Shown in pieces: positions 22,401 through 31,800 of a stretch of 64,000 bases of DNA (positions are counted from its first letter, which is position 1; each line of letters begins with the position of its first letter). Origin of the DNA: a virus. Location: positions 1-64,000 of IMG/VR virus record IMGVR_UViG_3300042382_000102; one strand, 5' to 3'. The notes beneath the pieces are model-generated. The model was not told the origin of the DNA and ran no database searches. It saw nothing but the letters and a program-made list of their open reading frames with translations. Both the position numbers and the translations under genes were made by a program.

Positions 22401-23722
22401 CTAGCAATACCTAATGCAGCACCAAATGTTTTTAGTACAGCTACACCTTGATAAAGAGGAGTTACAAAGAAGTCTCTAAATCCTACTGAGAAAGCTAAGA
22501 ATCCAAAGAAATTATTTGGATCTAAACCCTTTGCAAGTTTATTTATATTACTTGTAAATTCTACTACTGATTTTGAATTAAAAATATCACCAATAGTTCT
22601 TGAAGTTCTAGTATCACCAAAGGCTACGAATAGACCTAATTGCTCGACTACACCTCTAACTAATTTTCTAAATTCAAATACACTATCATAAAAGGCTAAG
22701 AAAGAGATTCTTAGTCTTTCAAAGAAAAATGAGTTTGCCAACACTGTTAATGGCGTTGTAAATGTACGAATAACAGGTACAATAGCACTAATGTTTCTAC
22801 CTACGGCAGAGAATAAATTTCCAAAAGCATTAATAACTAATTTTGCATCTCTAACTGTTTGACCAAATCTTGAACTTAAAATAGTAAAGTATACATCAGC
22901 AACTTCTGCTAAATTTGTTATGTATATTGAAATTCTATTTATGTTTCCACCAAGTATTTGTGAAAGTCCACTTGATTTAGATATCTCAGATAACAAAAGA
23001 TTTACGGAATCTTTTAGTCTAATAATTGATTGTTCAAAAGTAGGAGCTAGTGTTTCAAATTCACTATTTAATTTATCTGTTTGACTTAGTAATGCTTTAA
23101 ATACTACATCACTTGTTAATCTACCCTCTTCAGCTAGCTTTCTTAGTTCTCCAATAGAAGAACCAATTCCATCAGCAATAGCCTGTGCAATTCTAGGGGT
23201 TTGTTCTAGAACTGAGTTTAATTCCTCGCCACGTAATTGTCCAGAAGCAAGACCTTGCCCTAACTGAATTAAAGCGGCTCTTGCAGACTCACCAGCAGTA
23301 CCAGAAATAGTAACTGCCTTTTGTACGTTCTCAGTAGCTTGTAATAGTTGTTTTGTAGATGCACCTGCATTCTTTAATGAAGAACCAAATTTATTAAATA
23401 CACCTACTGTACCTTCCAATGAGCTTCTAGTCTTTACCGATAGAGCCAATAACTGGGATTGTACAACAACTAATTCTTTAGTCCTACCTACAACTAGAGC
23501 AATTCTATTCTCTAAATTTGTGAAGGTATCTGAAGCTCTAGTAATACTGTTAACTGCACCGAATGCAGCAAATGCAGCTGTAACACTAGTTGCAAGACCA
23601 GCTAATGTTCTAGTAGCGGAAGTCGTTGTCTTTTCTATTTTACCTACTGATGTAGAAAGTTTGTCTAAGTCCCTTTGTGCTTGTGACGAGTCAGACGTGA
23701 CTTTCAATGCGATATCTGACAT
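16406..23722 (-). CDS. Tail tape measure protein
   Basis: 2438 aa, helical; N-terminal tape-measure motif QLGQGLASGQLRGEELNSVLEQTPRIA; hydrophobic middle; C-terminal GFASGG..PG...P.LAH.GE. Confidence 0.93.
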   Translation of the reverse strand: MSDIALKVTSDSSQAQRDLDKLSTSVGKIEKTTTSATRTLAGLATSVTAAFAAFGAVNSITRASDTFTNLENRIALVVGRTKELVVVQSQLLALSVKTRSSLEGTVGVFNKFGSSLKNAGASTKQLLQATENVQKAVTISGTAGESARAALIQLGQGLASGQLRGEELNSVLEQTPRIAQAIADGIGSSIGELRKLAEEGRLTSDVVFKALLSQTDKLNSEFETLAPTFEQSIIRLKDSVNLLLSEISKSSGLSQILGGNINRISIYITNLAEVADVYFTILSSRFGQTVRDAKLVINAFGNLFSAVGRNISAIVPVIRTFTTPLTVLANSFFFERLRISFLAFYDSVFEFRKLVRGVVEQLGLFVAFGDTRTSRTIGDIFNSKSVVEFTSNINKLAKGLDPNNFFGFLAFSVGFRDFFVTPLYQGVAVLKTFGAALGIASNPLIEFSNIRFDRFLELGLQSLQILSYTIQRFFAPAVVLSLTYIAEFTTNLIYLTRSLLGLNPSLLETFAILQVKGVAGLKLLVSNLLGLDVAIGSLYGFVTAFAEVRAVIENTVIAIVGYMLYMSSKIEDSIFTKLSKVEGFIRDFATKIKGYFFDIYDKVVGNSYWPDMVDGVLRWADKLYTEGTTKIDAFTKKVKASFSDLKNSTKDLFTKITAKGLDTRDTIGNSSIGSTVKDTLKDTVAKVKLKIEKIDVREMISSLPLKELGAVFKNIADVFVLAAIVALVAPATFAAFFSGAAILIKAALIPKIGEALYEAFDANIFKEIGETAGSIIGFYLREAIEAIPELLGQLVTFADAFGKAFLEQFGIIGSAISSLFSFFSVGDSGLLGTILVGAGIATILSKVSVVKEFVSGFLAFVAGSAGSSANSGGLLGQALLGANFKYLVAGVSLIFSGFSDHVSMAVALAAGIPLVTLAMLGEDVAGKLIKDSLASVFKFFITQSLAAAATISKTKLFTSLFGDIKASEITSKINKVKDIVGKVLGNINNGQNREDYTKGKISITDFLFGKEEGDSIKKKVDEKVKSASSTIKETVSKAADKLKDLGKSKSLLDTSLLGKEGVDPALRAKVYTDNIKSVLNKMNVDVEGMAGPEGLLGKLFKGKKGFIAGALISIFALFTGAANAAQAETTSITSNIFDSILSFVGDYGIYALLLPPAGWAFFGGALKNVVTAFSIMGNAGLKALWGVGMAINYAGIATGVLAGSLQLLTGGWIGFFAKTAAGLKALMSGILVIGGILGGVVGSIIYAIGVVIKGIALIVTSVAGIITIVATLGIGAIAIWLFGEGDGFMAKLDDVIEKLAKLFRMKPSGQKQLEALLPKSELGGQALDFSGKISGINYSKLTEGQSKSLNSLATRLSEVIKRAKEEEEDLGSVTAETTADLQKLRDLFDKKADKYAFNSSMDDLATSMKAAEIQAGSLFAFMNRDLNRQVPFFSSFSIENFVLPFEKIIDKFSKFNDSRARDVNKELSSNVDVFKEIDKYLKPEEIQMSVMAFNRLNNAIGNLTGFSGIFSRLFGGFKRSELELELARKQVNKLSTEFKKLAEERAAVDKYKTSLGDAQKALAGLEKFQVGAGIKVELKDLFGFDNPAQVNALTNELEALFKQLSEKAKGSDEALAIQVQIDAKVENLNFELEQSKAAGSLKKKLENLFKIAGTNISVPDFFKFAGADNAKVLQDALFVYTKRLQEAKVAEAEAGTDAEKLAKAFLMGRDALRDFNKEIERLTGNEGLSKSLSGLGVNLNRELIDAFGARGTARLEKFREQLEKADAISADPRLPPNYKAAIARQAIAAKKIIQEEFQVRDFTENFSFQIGKTNLSADLMKSLMLSPAESKRASELLVQSFNDKNLLKSLSANITGLPSDPKRAKEISDRIVGTEAEYASIMRDKGKNVLEIFADSISKSGSKIDINELFTSGLATKDILDAQGFTTQIRTLQDQKDKFLLTRRNDPNGLTTLDVGMIAEFDRQIKELNKQRDSALDRNIVTKIESLASRTGVTVGQEFFQGFTDADTGKFEAIRTQLNNLDDARKKLIVTEGDTFKILDRAALQENFKAVEEVKDRFDILVNGEIPNILKKAKYDFKIVDIAGFGKDATTVKQLLIDLGTEQKKLADLEKGADPLSEESLKRINQAKDSIKAITNSLDEFKAKPTTFGELFSQISANTGLPTDLLRKLDPKEFGLAQAASTKIADINKEINNLKLQGNTLDKERLAVLEKELAIVQGISDQEDRKKQIGSSLLGSSKDLIKNTITGEKDRGKTFLNAATSTVTDAFAGQLNDFLFKDISKSLGESLGVDLFGTVGESPLKPMYVSIVAGAQDLLGGTGGITGMFDKLKGFGSGIGDFFTKGLSGFSSFFSFLPGFASGGVIPGSSGTATPVLAHAGEVILNEAQQARVASAMSNQGQQVVNLNITGDISRQTKSEIYRMLPSIAEGVNSHNREKGLR

Positions 23723-23733
23723 AAAATCTCCTT

Positions 23734-23789
23734 AAAAAAATGCCCTAAGATATATCACGAATAGTGTGATGCATCAAAGGGCAAAAAAA
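23734..23789 (-). terminator. Rho-independent terminator/attenuator upstream of the tape measure gene
   Basis: Minus strand TGCCCTTTGATGCATCAC-ACTATTC-GTGATATATCTTAGGGCA followed by T7. Confidence 0.65.
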
Positions 23790-24152
23790 TTATATTATAG
23801 TGGGTTCGAAACCACTTTTCATTAAAGTTTGTTCAATGAAATATGATGGTGCCTGTTTCGACCATCCAGCATTTAAATATGTAATATACTCAGCATCATT
23901 ATTAATATAATGACTACTTTCGGTTAAGCTAATCAAAAATTTATTTGATAGTGAAAAGGAGATTTTGAATGACTCTTGTTTATAAGAAGTCCATCTACTT
24001 GCAGCATATCCTGTATCTTTTGGAGTAACTCTTTTGAGTTCTTCTATAGCAGTTTCAACAGCATTATCTATTATCTTGTTAGTTGAATCTTCTAATGCAT
24101 TTGATATCTTTTTATCTAATGCCTTATTGACATTAAGTTTAATTTTTATCAA
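23790..24152 (-). CDS. HK97 gp10-like tail completion/neck protein
   Basis: TPKDTGYAASRW and NDAEYITYLNAGWSKQAP motifs; probable TTG start at 24152 with GGAGG RBS (track start 24176). Confidence 0.7.
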   Translation of the reverse strand: MIKIKLNVNKALDKKISNALEDSTNKIIDNAVETAIEELKRVTPKDTGYAASRWTSYKQESFKISFSLSNKFLISLTESSHYINNDAEYITYLNAGWSKQAPSYFIEQTLMKSGFEPTII

Positions 24153-24477
24153 TTGTAACCTCCCATGGGATACCATTATCTGCTGCAGCCATTTGAAGTT
24201 TATTCAATAATCCTGAGCTAATAATAGAATTTGCAAGTCTACTCTCATCTTCATTATTAGCTCTTTTAATAGCAGCTAATGAAGCAAATAGTCTCTCGGG
24301 TTTTTCTTTAACCCCTTGTGCCTGTAATAACATATAAGTACGCTGGTCATCTTGCCAACCAACAGGTCTCTCTCTAAAATATTCGAACCAACCTAATAGT
24401 TCTTCATAGGGCATTTCTTTAAGTAGTCTATAAACTGGCATATGTAGTTTAAATGCCAAGTCATAGACTTCTATCAT
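24139..24477 (-). CDS. Tail assembly chaperone, gpT-like part (made by -1 frameshift)
   Basis: LAFKLHMPV..L...M.YEE..GW..YF motif; in the -1 frame of the upstream chaperone, open back to the slippery site. Confidence 0.75.
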   Translation of the reverse strand: MIEVYDLAFKLHMPVYRLLKEMPYEELLGWFEYFRERPVGWQDDQRTYMLLQAQGVKEKPERLFASLAAIKRANNEDESRLANSIISSGLLNKLQMAAADNGIPWEVTIDKN

Positions 24478-24491
24478 TTCCTTATCTAATG

Positions 24492-24788
24492 TTATTTGCC
24501 CTGATTCACGTTTCCCAATCCAGAGAATGTGAGTACTTCATTAGACAGACGAGATAGCTCATCGACAGGAAATGCACTGAAATCTTCAGTTGATAACTGA
24601 TCTGCTCCATCAACGGAACAACCAATCACATACTGTAATAGTTGGATACTTGCATTTTCATCTTCTCCAACAGCTTTTGACTTTTCTTGAATCTCCATAA
24701 CTTGAGATACAGAAAGCTTCTTAATTGTAACGTCTTCACCCATAAATTTGGTTTTCTTAGACATTACTTTTCCAACGAGATGTTTCAT
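24492..24788 (-). CDS. Tail assembly chaperone, gpG-like
   Basis: Between tail tube and tape measure; probable start MKHLVGK at 24788 with AAGGA RBS (track start 24851). Confidence 0.75.
   Translation of the reverse strand: MKHLVGKVMSKKTKFMGEDVTIKKLSVSQVMEIQEKSKAVGEDENASIQLLQYVIGCSVDGADQLSTEDFSAFPVDELSRLSNEVLTFSGLGNVNQGK
24510..24516 (-). other. Programmed -1 ribosomal frameshift site G GGA AAC
   Basis: X XXY YYZ heptamer near the end of the gpG-like ORF; the -1 frame reads GKRESGQITLDKEMIEVY into 24139..24477. Confidence 0.8.
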
Positions 24789-24804
24789 TTTATATTCCTT
24801 ACTT

Positions 24805-25050
24805 TTATTTACTATCATTAAATAACTGTTTGTTATTTTCTTGGAAGTCATCGAGTACTTTACGTACTGTATGTAACACAGATAATGTTTCCATGATCTC
24901 TCTACCTACTTCACTATTCTTGTCAAAATCTTGAAATCTTTCAAATGATTTACGAATACTAATATCAACACTACGTCTCATATGACGAAATGTAGTCTTC
25001 ATAACAAATGATTTACTGAATGGTGGTTTATCTTGATTGTTATCAATCAT
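24805..25050 (-). CDS. Hypothetical protein directly downstream of a phage promoter
   Basis: 81-aa ORF with AAGGA RBS. Confidence 0.55.
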   Translation of the reverse strand: MIDNNQDKPPFSKSFVMKTTFRHMRRSVDISIRKSFERFQDFDKNSEVGREIMETLSVLHTVRKVLDDFQENNKQLFNDSK

Positions 25051-25095
25051 AATTATCCTTAATATATACTATAAATACAACCAAGGGGAGCCTCA

Positions 25096-25124
25096 GATCT
25101 CTCTTTAGCGTCCCCTGGTAAATG
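25096..25124 (-). promoter_or_regulatory. Putative phage RNAP promoter, copy 2 (predicted +1 G at 25103)
   Basis: Identical 29-mer to 3118..3146; intergenic after the tail tube gene; preceded by hairpin GGGCTAG-TTT-CTAGTCC (25124..25140). Confidence 0.8.
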
Positions 25125-25149
25125 GACTAGAAACTAGCCCAAATTGTCA

Positions 25150-25701
25150 TTAGACGAGACCAACAGTCGCAGGACCGAAGAAGCCGCCTTGTGAAGACAA
25201 TGTTAGTGTAGCTTGGTTAGCATCTGTTAACTGTGGGCTAACTAATAGAGCTTCGATTTTACCAACGAAGTAGAAGTTAGAGTTGTCAACAGAACCTAGA
25301 CCAGTAGAACCTGCAGTGGTGCTTAGACCAGCTGGTTTAGCATTTAGCATAGAAAACTGGAAAGCATAAATCTTACCATTACCTACTAAAGCACCTAATG
25401 CTGAGGATGGTGCCCAGTCAGCAGGAATGTAGTTTAGAGTAATTTCTAAGTTAGGTGAATCAGACTGGCCTTGAATTTGGCTAGAAGTCTTTTGACCATA
25501 AACAGGTACGTTAACGATGTTAGCTGGTGTACCGATTTGTGGGAATTCACGGACGTTCTTAATTTCAGTGAAAGAACCAGTAGTAGCAAACTTAGCTACT
25601 AGTTCTGCTAATGTATCTACAGTTGTGAGATCAGTAATCTCAGTTGTATTTACGGCCATTGCTGAGAAAATACCAGCTCCGATTGATGTAATATGTGCCA
25701 T
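25150..25701 (-). CDS. Major tail tube protein
   Basis: 183 aa; IKNVREFPQIG...QIQGQSD...LEITLNY motif of siphovirus tube proteins; follows the tail terminator. Confidence 0.8.
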   Translation of the reverse strand: MAHITSIGAGIFSAMAVNTTEITDLTTVDTLAELVAKFATTGSFTEIKNVREFPQIGTPANIVNVPVYGQKTSSQIQGQSDSPNLEITLNYIPADWAPSSALGALVGNGKIYAFQFSMLNAKPAGLSTTAGSTGLGSVDNSNFYFVGKIEALLVSPQLTDANQATLTLSSQGGFFGPATVGLV

Positions 25702-25706
25702 GTGTT

Positions 25707-26114
25707 TTAATCTCCATAAGCTTTAAAATTTATTGAATAATCACCACGATAAAGAGATTTATCTGCGGGATCAAGGCCAAGCTTCATTACTGTGCTTGCG
25801 CCAAATTGGGTTCCATTTGTCAAAGTCTTACCTTGAAATAAGGAATCTATAGTATCAGCAATAGTGAACAATTCTGCATCACCATTACCTGCCTTGACAA
25901 AGATTGATAGTATTAACATACCTGAGAATTTTTTCTTAAACCCATGAGCATCAACAGTGCCTCTTCCTGGTAGAATACTAATTCTAATAAAAGAAGTAGT
26001 AGTATCTATTGTTCCACTATAGTTGGCAGGATAAGCTTTGTATCCAGTTGTTGTCCATGCGCTTGAAGCGAATAAACCATATATGTCTGACTTTAATTTA
26101 CTATACATACTCAT
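25707..26114 (-). CDS. Tail terminator protein
   Basis: 135 aa; G.LILSIFVKAG.G motif; canonical position. Confidence 0.65.
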   Translation of the reverse strand: MSMYSKLKSDIYGLFASSAWTTTGYKAYPANYSGTIDTTTSFIRISILPGRGTVDAHGFKKKFSGMLILSIFVKAGNGDAELFTIADTIDSLFQGKTLTNGTQFGASTVMKLGLDPADKSLYRGDYSINFKAYGD

Positions 26115-26115
26115 A

Positions 26116-26460
26116 TTATACTCCTGCTAATGAGAGTACAACAACAAACTCATCTTTTGAAATAACGTTACAACCATATTCTACATTATCAACGGTTACC
26201 CGTGAATAGCTATCGAAGTTAATTGCAGGATTACTTTTAATTGTGAGTGAAGTTGTAGTAACAGGAATACCAGACTCAAAGGACTTACTAGTACCTAAAA
26301 AGCCTTGAGCGGTGTATGTCTGATCCGTTTTTACAATCGAACCAGTAGCAAAATTAAATCCACTGACGATCTTGTTGTCAAAAGTAGCAGTAACCGAAAG
26401 ATCCTTTAATTTTTCAAAGGCAGTATCCACGGATTTTTGTACTTTTGATTTGAGGGACAT
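26116..26460 (-). CDS. Head closure / head-tail joining protein
   Basis: 114 aa, beta-rich; canonical position after the adaptor. Confidence 0.55.
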   Translation of the reverse strand: MSLKSKVQKSVDTAFEKLKDLSVTATFDNKIVSGFNFATGSIVKTDQTYTAQGFLGTSKSFESGIPVTTTSLTIKSNPAINFDSYSRVTVDNVEYGCNVISKDEFVVVLSLAGV

Positions 26461-26958
26461 TTAGTTTGCCCTCCACCATTGAGTAGAACCTTGGTTTACT
26501 AAAAGTGGTTTTAGGTATTTTCTAACAATACTAGGAACTACTGGAGTTCTAGTTGTGTCATTATTACTATCTTTCAATGTAATAGTACCAATTGAAATTT
26601 CTTCAAAGTTTTGTGTTTTATTATCTAACAAATTTTCATTGGATAATAAATGATGAGCCATTTCTAAAACAGCCTGTTTCATTCTCTTTGGAATTTCACT
26701 CACACTAAAGTTAACTTCTTGTCCTAATCTAGGATCAAAAATATAAGCCCCTTTACGAGGCCACGCAAGACTCTGTGTGGAACTGACAGCAACACCGATA
26801 AATTGATTTTCATCAAGTATAAGAGTTGCAGTCACTAATGCTGACTCCTGGTCGTCGTCTTGAGCATTTAACCATGCACCCGCATCAATGCGAGTATCAA
26901 AGTATGCATCAGCTTCGGCCATAGTTACATATGTGTTTGTACCTAGGACTAGTGCCAT
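26461..26958 (-). CDS. Head-tail adaptor (DnaT-like family)
   Basis: NTYVTMAEADAYF...QSLAWPR...IP..MKQA..EMA motifs; follows the capsid gene. Confidence 0.75.
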   Translation of the reverse strand: MALVLGTNTYVTMAEADAYFDTRIDAGAWLNAQDDDQESALVTATLILDENQFIGVAVSSTQSLAWPRKGAYIFDPRLGQEVNFSVSEIPKRMKQAVLEMAHHLLSNENLLDNKTQNFEEISIGTITLKDSNNDTTRTPVVPSIVRKYLKPLLVNQGSTQWWRAN

Positions 26959-26975
26959 CAGTTCCTCCTAATAGA

Positions 26976-28070
26976 TTAAGCGTGGAGAATAGGTAGAATA
27001 CCTAAGTTCAATGCACTCATCTTACGTGCCCATGAACCAGCAGTTGCAAAAGCAGTGTTGGTAGCAAAAGCGTTAGTAGCGCCAGCCCAGTCGTAACCCA
27101 TTGGATGTACAACGAAGCCATAACGATACCAGATAGATGTAGAACCACCACCAGTGTAGGAAGCAGCAGAGCGGTCAACTTCAACAGGTGTAGGAACAGC
27201 AATATTTGTAAAGCTGATAGCGCCTGGCTTGCAAATGAATGTAGTCTTAGTAGAACGATCATTTACGTTAGCAGAAGCTGAGAGGTCACCTTGAGCAACA
27301 CGGCTGAGGATCAAACGGAACTTACCACCGAATACGGTTTGGAATGTTAGGTTACCATCAGTAACTGTAGTTACGTCTACTAAGTTAGCAGCACGTAATT
27401 CAGCTAAAACTTCAGGTGAAGTGATCATGTACATGAAGTCAGGCTCATAGTCTTTGAATGCCATACCAAGAGCTTGGAATAGACGTTGACCACGGGCAGC
27501 ACCAATAGCGGTAGCATCAAATAGCTTACGCTGATCAGAAGCAGAAGTAGCAGCTGCGGTACCGAATACACCAGCAGCGTTGATGTCTACGAAGTTACCA
27601 ACAGTAGAACCATCAGCGTCTGTGTCATAGCCAACAATACCAGCACCACGAGAAACTTCATAAGCAGCTACACCTTTGAGTGTAGATACGATAGAGTCAG
27701 ACTCGTCTTGGCTACGAACTTCAGAGAAGTCACGAGCGATTTTAGAGAGACCGTCTTGTTGAGAAACGATTTGCTGGAGGTTAACTTGTTGTGAACCGAA
27801 TGTACGGACTGTCTTGATGTAGTCAGCAATTTCAGTTGACACATCAGTGTAGTTGCCTTCATTAGCGCTAGATAAGCTAGCAACGTTAATGTTGGCAGCT
27901 AGAGGTTTGTACCAGCGCATTTGACCAATGAAGCTCTCGCCTGTTGGGTCAATACGGGCATCAGTACCAACGATACCAGTGCTGTTAAGCTTCTTGGCGT
28001 TTGTGTACATTTCATCAGCATATGCAGAAATAGCAATAGCTACGTTTTGGAACATTGTATGATTAATCAT
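26976..28070 (-). CDS. Major capsid protein
   Basis: 364 aa after the scaffold; biased codon usage; VEVDR...GGG.T...RYG.V.HP.G..W motif of HK97-fold capsids. Confidence 0.85.
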   Translation of the reverse strand: MINHTMFQNVAIAISAYADEMYTNAKKLNSTGIVGTDARIDPTGESFIGQMRWYKPLAANINVASLSSANEGNYTDVSTEIADYIKTVRTFGSQQVNLQQIVSQQDGLSKIARDFSEVRSQDESDSIVSTLKGVAAYEVSRGAGIVGYDTDADGSTVGNFVDINAAGVFGTAAATSASDQRKLFDATAIGAARGQRLFQALGMAFKDYEPDFMYMITSPEVLAELRAANLVDVTTVTDGNLTFQTVFGGKFRLILSRVAQGDLSASANVNDRSTKTTFICKPGAISFTNIAVPTPVEVDRSAASYTGGGSTSIWYRYGFVVHPMGYDWAGATNAFATNTAFATAGSWARKMSALNLGILPILHA

Positions 28071-28090
28071 TTAAAAAATCTCCTATGATT

Positions 28091-28786
28091 TTAAAGTGTG
28101 AAGTTACCGAGTTTACCACCTGCAGCAAGTGCTAACACTTCTTCAGTAGTCATATCAGTAATCTTCTTATTGGGATCGAGTTTGGGAGTACCGTTCATAT
28201 TGCTACCACCACCCCCTGAATTAGATTTAGGTTTAAATAGGAAAGAATTATCTTCATTCTTTACGTATTGTCCTACAAAATCCTTGATTGATACACCAGA
28301 TTTGTGAATCCATGCACCAGTTTCTGGATCTTGGATGAGTTGATCGATAATATCACGATAGGCCATTTGGCCAGATCGCTCATTACGGAAATCAAGACTG
28401 GTTAATGCATTACGAACTGCACCATCACGGGTGAGTTCAGTTACTTTACCTTCGGCTAACGCAAGCTTTTCAGTGAGTTCTGCGAGCTTCATCTCAGCAA
28501 CTTCTTTATGCTTACCTTCATCCTCTAAAGCTTTCATCTTACGTTGTTTAGCATCATCTTCAAGACGAACACGCTCTTTAACAGCATTGTCACGTTCTTG
28601 ATAAGCTTTATCTAAACTTTGTTTGATTTTAGAAAGACGCTCTTCAACCATACGATTGATCATGTCTTCTGTATCTTTATTGTTAGTACCTGCACCTGGA
28701 TCTCCAACCTGATCGGCTTGAAACTCTGGGTTTAATGTGGTACCATCATCGAGGAACTCTTTGTTTCCGAACTTATCTACTTTCAT
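28091..28786 (-). CDS. Capsid scaffolding protein
   Basis: 231-aa charged coiled coil ending FLFK...SGGG; directly upstream of the capsid gene. Confidence 0.8.
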   Translation of the reverse strand: MKVDKFGNKEFLDDGTTLNPEFQADQVGDPGAGTNNKDTEDMINRMVEERLSKIKQSLDKAYQERDNAVKERVRLEDDAKQRKMKALEDEGKHKEVAEMKLAELTEKLALAEGKVTELTRDGAVRNALTSLDFRNERSGQMAYRDIIDQLIQDPETGAWIHKSGVSIKDFVGQYVKNEDNSFLFKPKSNSGGGGSNMNGTPKLDPNKKITDMTTEEVLALAAGGKLGNFTL

Positions 28787-28852
28787 CTTTATTTTCCTTT
28801 GGCACAGCCATTTAATTTTAATTTTTTAGGGTTTAGTTACAAACATAAACTC

Positions 28853-31800
28853 TTACGGTCCAATACCATACCAATCCATACCTTTAGGTATAGGAGCGAG
28901 TATCTCTTTTCTCGTAATCTTGTTTTTGGGATTTAGTAAGCCATCCTCAATAGCTTTTTGGCGAAGCTTATTGTAAGTCTCGTTAGACATACCTTCAGCT
29001 TTTAATGCCAGTAATGTTTTCTCTATTGTGTTACCTTCAAGAGCATCCGCATAGATTTCTCTAAGCGCATACTTGGACTTTGCTGCTTGTCCAATGTTGG
29101 TGAAGAAAGCATCATGAATCGTAGCGGTTTCAATACCATTTTTACGACCCCATAAATGAAATCTTCTTACAATAGTAGCATCGTTCATGTGGTTACCATT
29201 AACCCCCATGCCAATACCTGCCCTCATCAGGCTTGATTTTCCTAGAAGTGAAGCATCTTCTGCTCGATCTTCGTAAATGTTACGGACCATCCTATTAGCT
29301 TCTTTGTCATAGAACTCAATGCTAGTTTGGATTTTAGGTCTGTATCTCTGGTATAAAGTCTTACCATCAAATGTTACCCAAGGTACATCAACCTTCTGAG
29401 TTTCATCAACGTAAGCTTTAGCAGCTTCTTTCCAGAATTGTACGAACTTTTGAGTTACTGGTGCTCTCTCAGCTAGTCTTCGAGACATAATCTCAGAGAC
29501 TGCTTTGAAGTCTTGAGGTCCAATTAGACCCCTACGAGCATTCATTAACTTATCGACAAACGCTTCTACGTCTGGGTGAGAATCACGAGCATGTGCTAAA
29601 AGTTCTTGCCCCACAGGGGTTTCACCTTCAACAACCTCATTCAACTCACGCTTTAATTGTTTCAAACCAAAGACAACATTTTCAGCACCTAGCTTATCTG
29701 CCTCTTTGATTTTTCCATCTATAATATTTGTTACACCACGAAGTTCTTCACGAGTAACAACAGTATATCCTTTTAACTCTAATACTGAAGCAAATTTAGC
29801 CTCAATATTAGCCGCCTGTGTTGCTTTACCAGCACCATAGAAAGAAACCATGTTCTGAGCTTTAGCAGCTTTCTGGAGATCAGTCCATTGAACATTAGCA
29901 TCTCTTAACCCTTGTATCTTTTGAAACTCTGGATCAGACACTGTATCCATAGCAACTAAGTCATACAAACGATTCTTTTGGAGTGTAGGTAACACATTTG
30001 AGTTGATTGAAATGTCTCTATCGCCTGTACTCAAACCGATAATCTGAGCACCAGAGGATGAGGCATCATTCTCAATCATTAATTTTGTTTTGTATTCTGC
30101 TAATTTATTTACATTAGTAAAATCACCATTTACAGCTTTATGCGCACGAGCGTATTCTATTGCTAATCGACTAATCTTTGGAACTTCCTCTGCTTCAGTA
30201 GCACGGATAATAGGATGCTCTAGGTATTCCCTAATCCTTCTATCTCGTTGAGTAGTTTCCATCATTAACCTACCAAGGCTTAGAATTTCTTTTTCATTTC
30301 TTAAAAAGATTTCCATTCTACCAGATTGTGTTAAAGCTTCTGTAGCAGGTCCAAGCATAGACCCAGTTTGAATCATTAACTCTCGTAGAATCTCAGGAGT
30401 CATATCTTCAGGTTTTGCACTATTAAGAAATGGTCTAACCACTTCACCACCAGTTGGTGTTAGGAATCCTTGATAGTATACACGTCCACGACCATCAATA
30501 TTAGCGACAACACTAAAAGGTTTACCAGTATCTCTGTGATACTTAACCGTCTGCATAAAACTGTAACCTTGATCTCCACGAGTCAAAATAAGTTTTCTAA
30601 AATCATTTAAGTCATCGTACTTCTTTACGTTCCCACGGGGATCTCTAAAGCGAACTAAGTCTTCCATGAATCCAGCATACTCGTTATCAACCTCATATTG
30701 AACTGACATTGTATGATTAAGCATATCAGCAAAATCATTGTCAATAAGAATTTTATCGTAATTAGCATTAGCCCTGCGAGTAATAATCGGAATACCTGTA
30801 TTATTGCCTCTAGCATCAAAATAAGTCTTAGCTCCAGAACGAACATACAGCTTGTCTCTTGGAGAATTAATACCAATACGTTTTGCTAGCAATGCACTAC
30901 GATTAGCTCTCTGTAAGTTTAACATATCTTTGTTTAAGATCTGTACTTCACGACTAACTGTATCTCTCCAAGGACCACTTGCACGACCTGTTTCTAGGTC
31001 AACAACTGATCTCCTAGTCTTACCTCTCATGACCACACGAATGTAGCCTTTGTCTTTTAAGGCAGTAAGAATTTGGGAACCATCAGCATGATAGTCTTGT
31101 AATGTAGGTTTAAAGAACGGGAACTCTGGGACATTCCAAGATTCTCTCAATGTCTTTCCTACATTAATAGCTAATGAGTCATAGTCAGTAGACTTACCAT
31201 CAGCAACTACAGTTAAAACTTTAGATAGGGCATCAATAGCCTTCTTGTCGTTAAGACCACCCTCAACTAATTGATTTAAATAATTTTGTCTTTGTTTACC
31301 AAATAGAAACTCTAAGTCTACTATTCTTCGATAGTCTTCTCTTCTGTTTCTTAAAAATTCATCAACTAATCTTTCAGTAGGCGCTTTATCTTTAAAAAAT
31401 AGTTTAGCACCAGGAATATTATCCTCTAAGTATTTAACTATTTTCTTTTTAAAAACATCAATACCAATTCTAGGAGTACCTTTAAACCATGTGTATAGTG
31501 GAGTTCTTCCAGTATAATACAAGCTTCTGGCTAGAGGTCTACCTTCAGTAGTAGCCCAATTACGAACATATCTTTGATCATCTATATTCTTTTGAATGAT
31601 TTCATCAAAGGTATAATACTTACCAAATATTTGTACTTTAGCAGGTTCTCCAGCAACTCCATATGAGTCAAATTGTGATGATCGTGCTCTTGATCTACGA
31701 TCTAGAATACGACTAGTGTTAACTACAGAATACTGCATTTCACCACGGGCAACATTCATGAAGTTTACCCAAGGCTGTTTATCATTGTTATATCGTTCAA

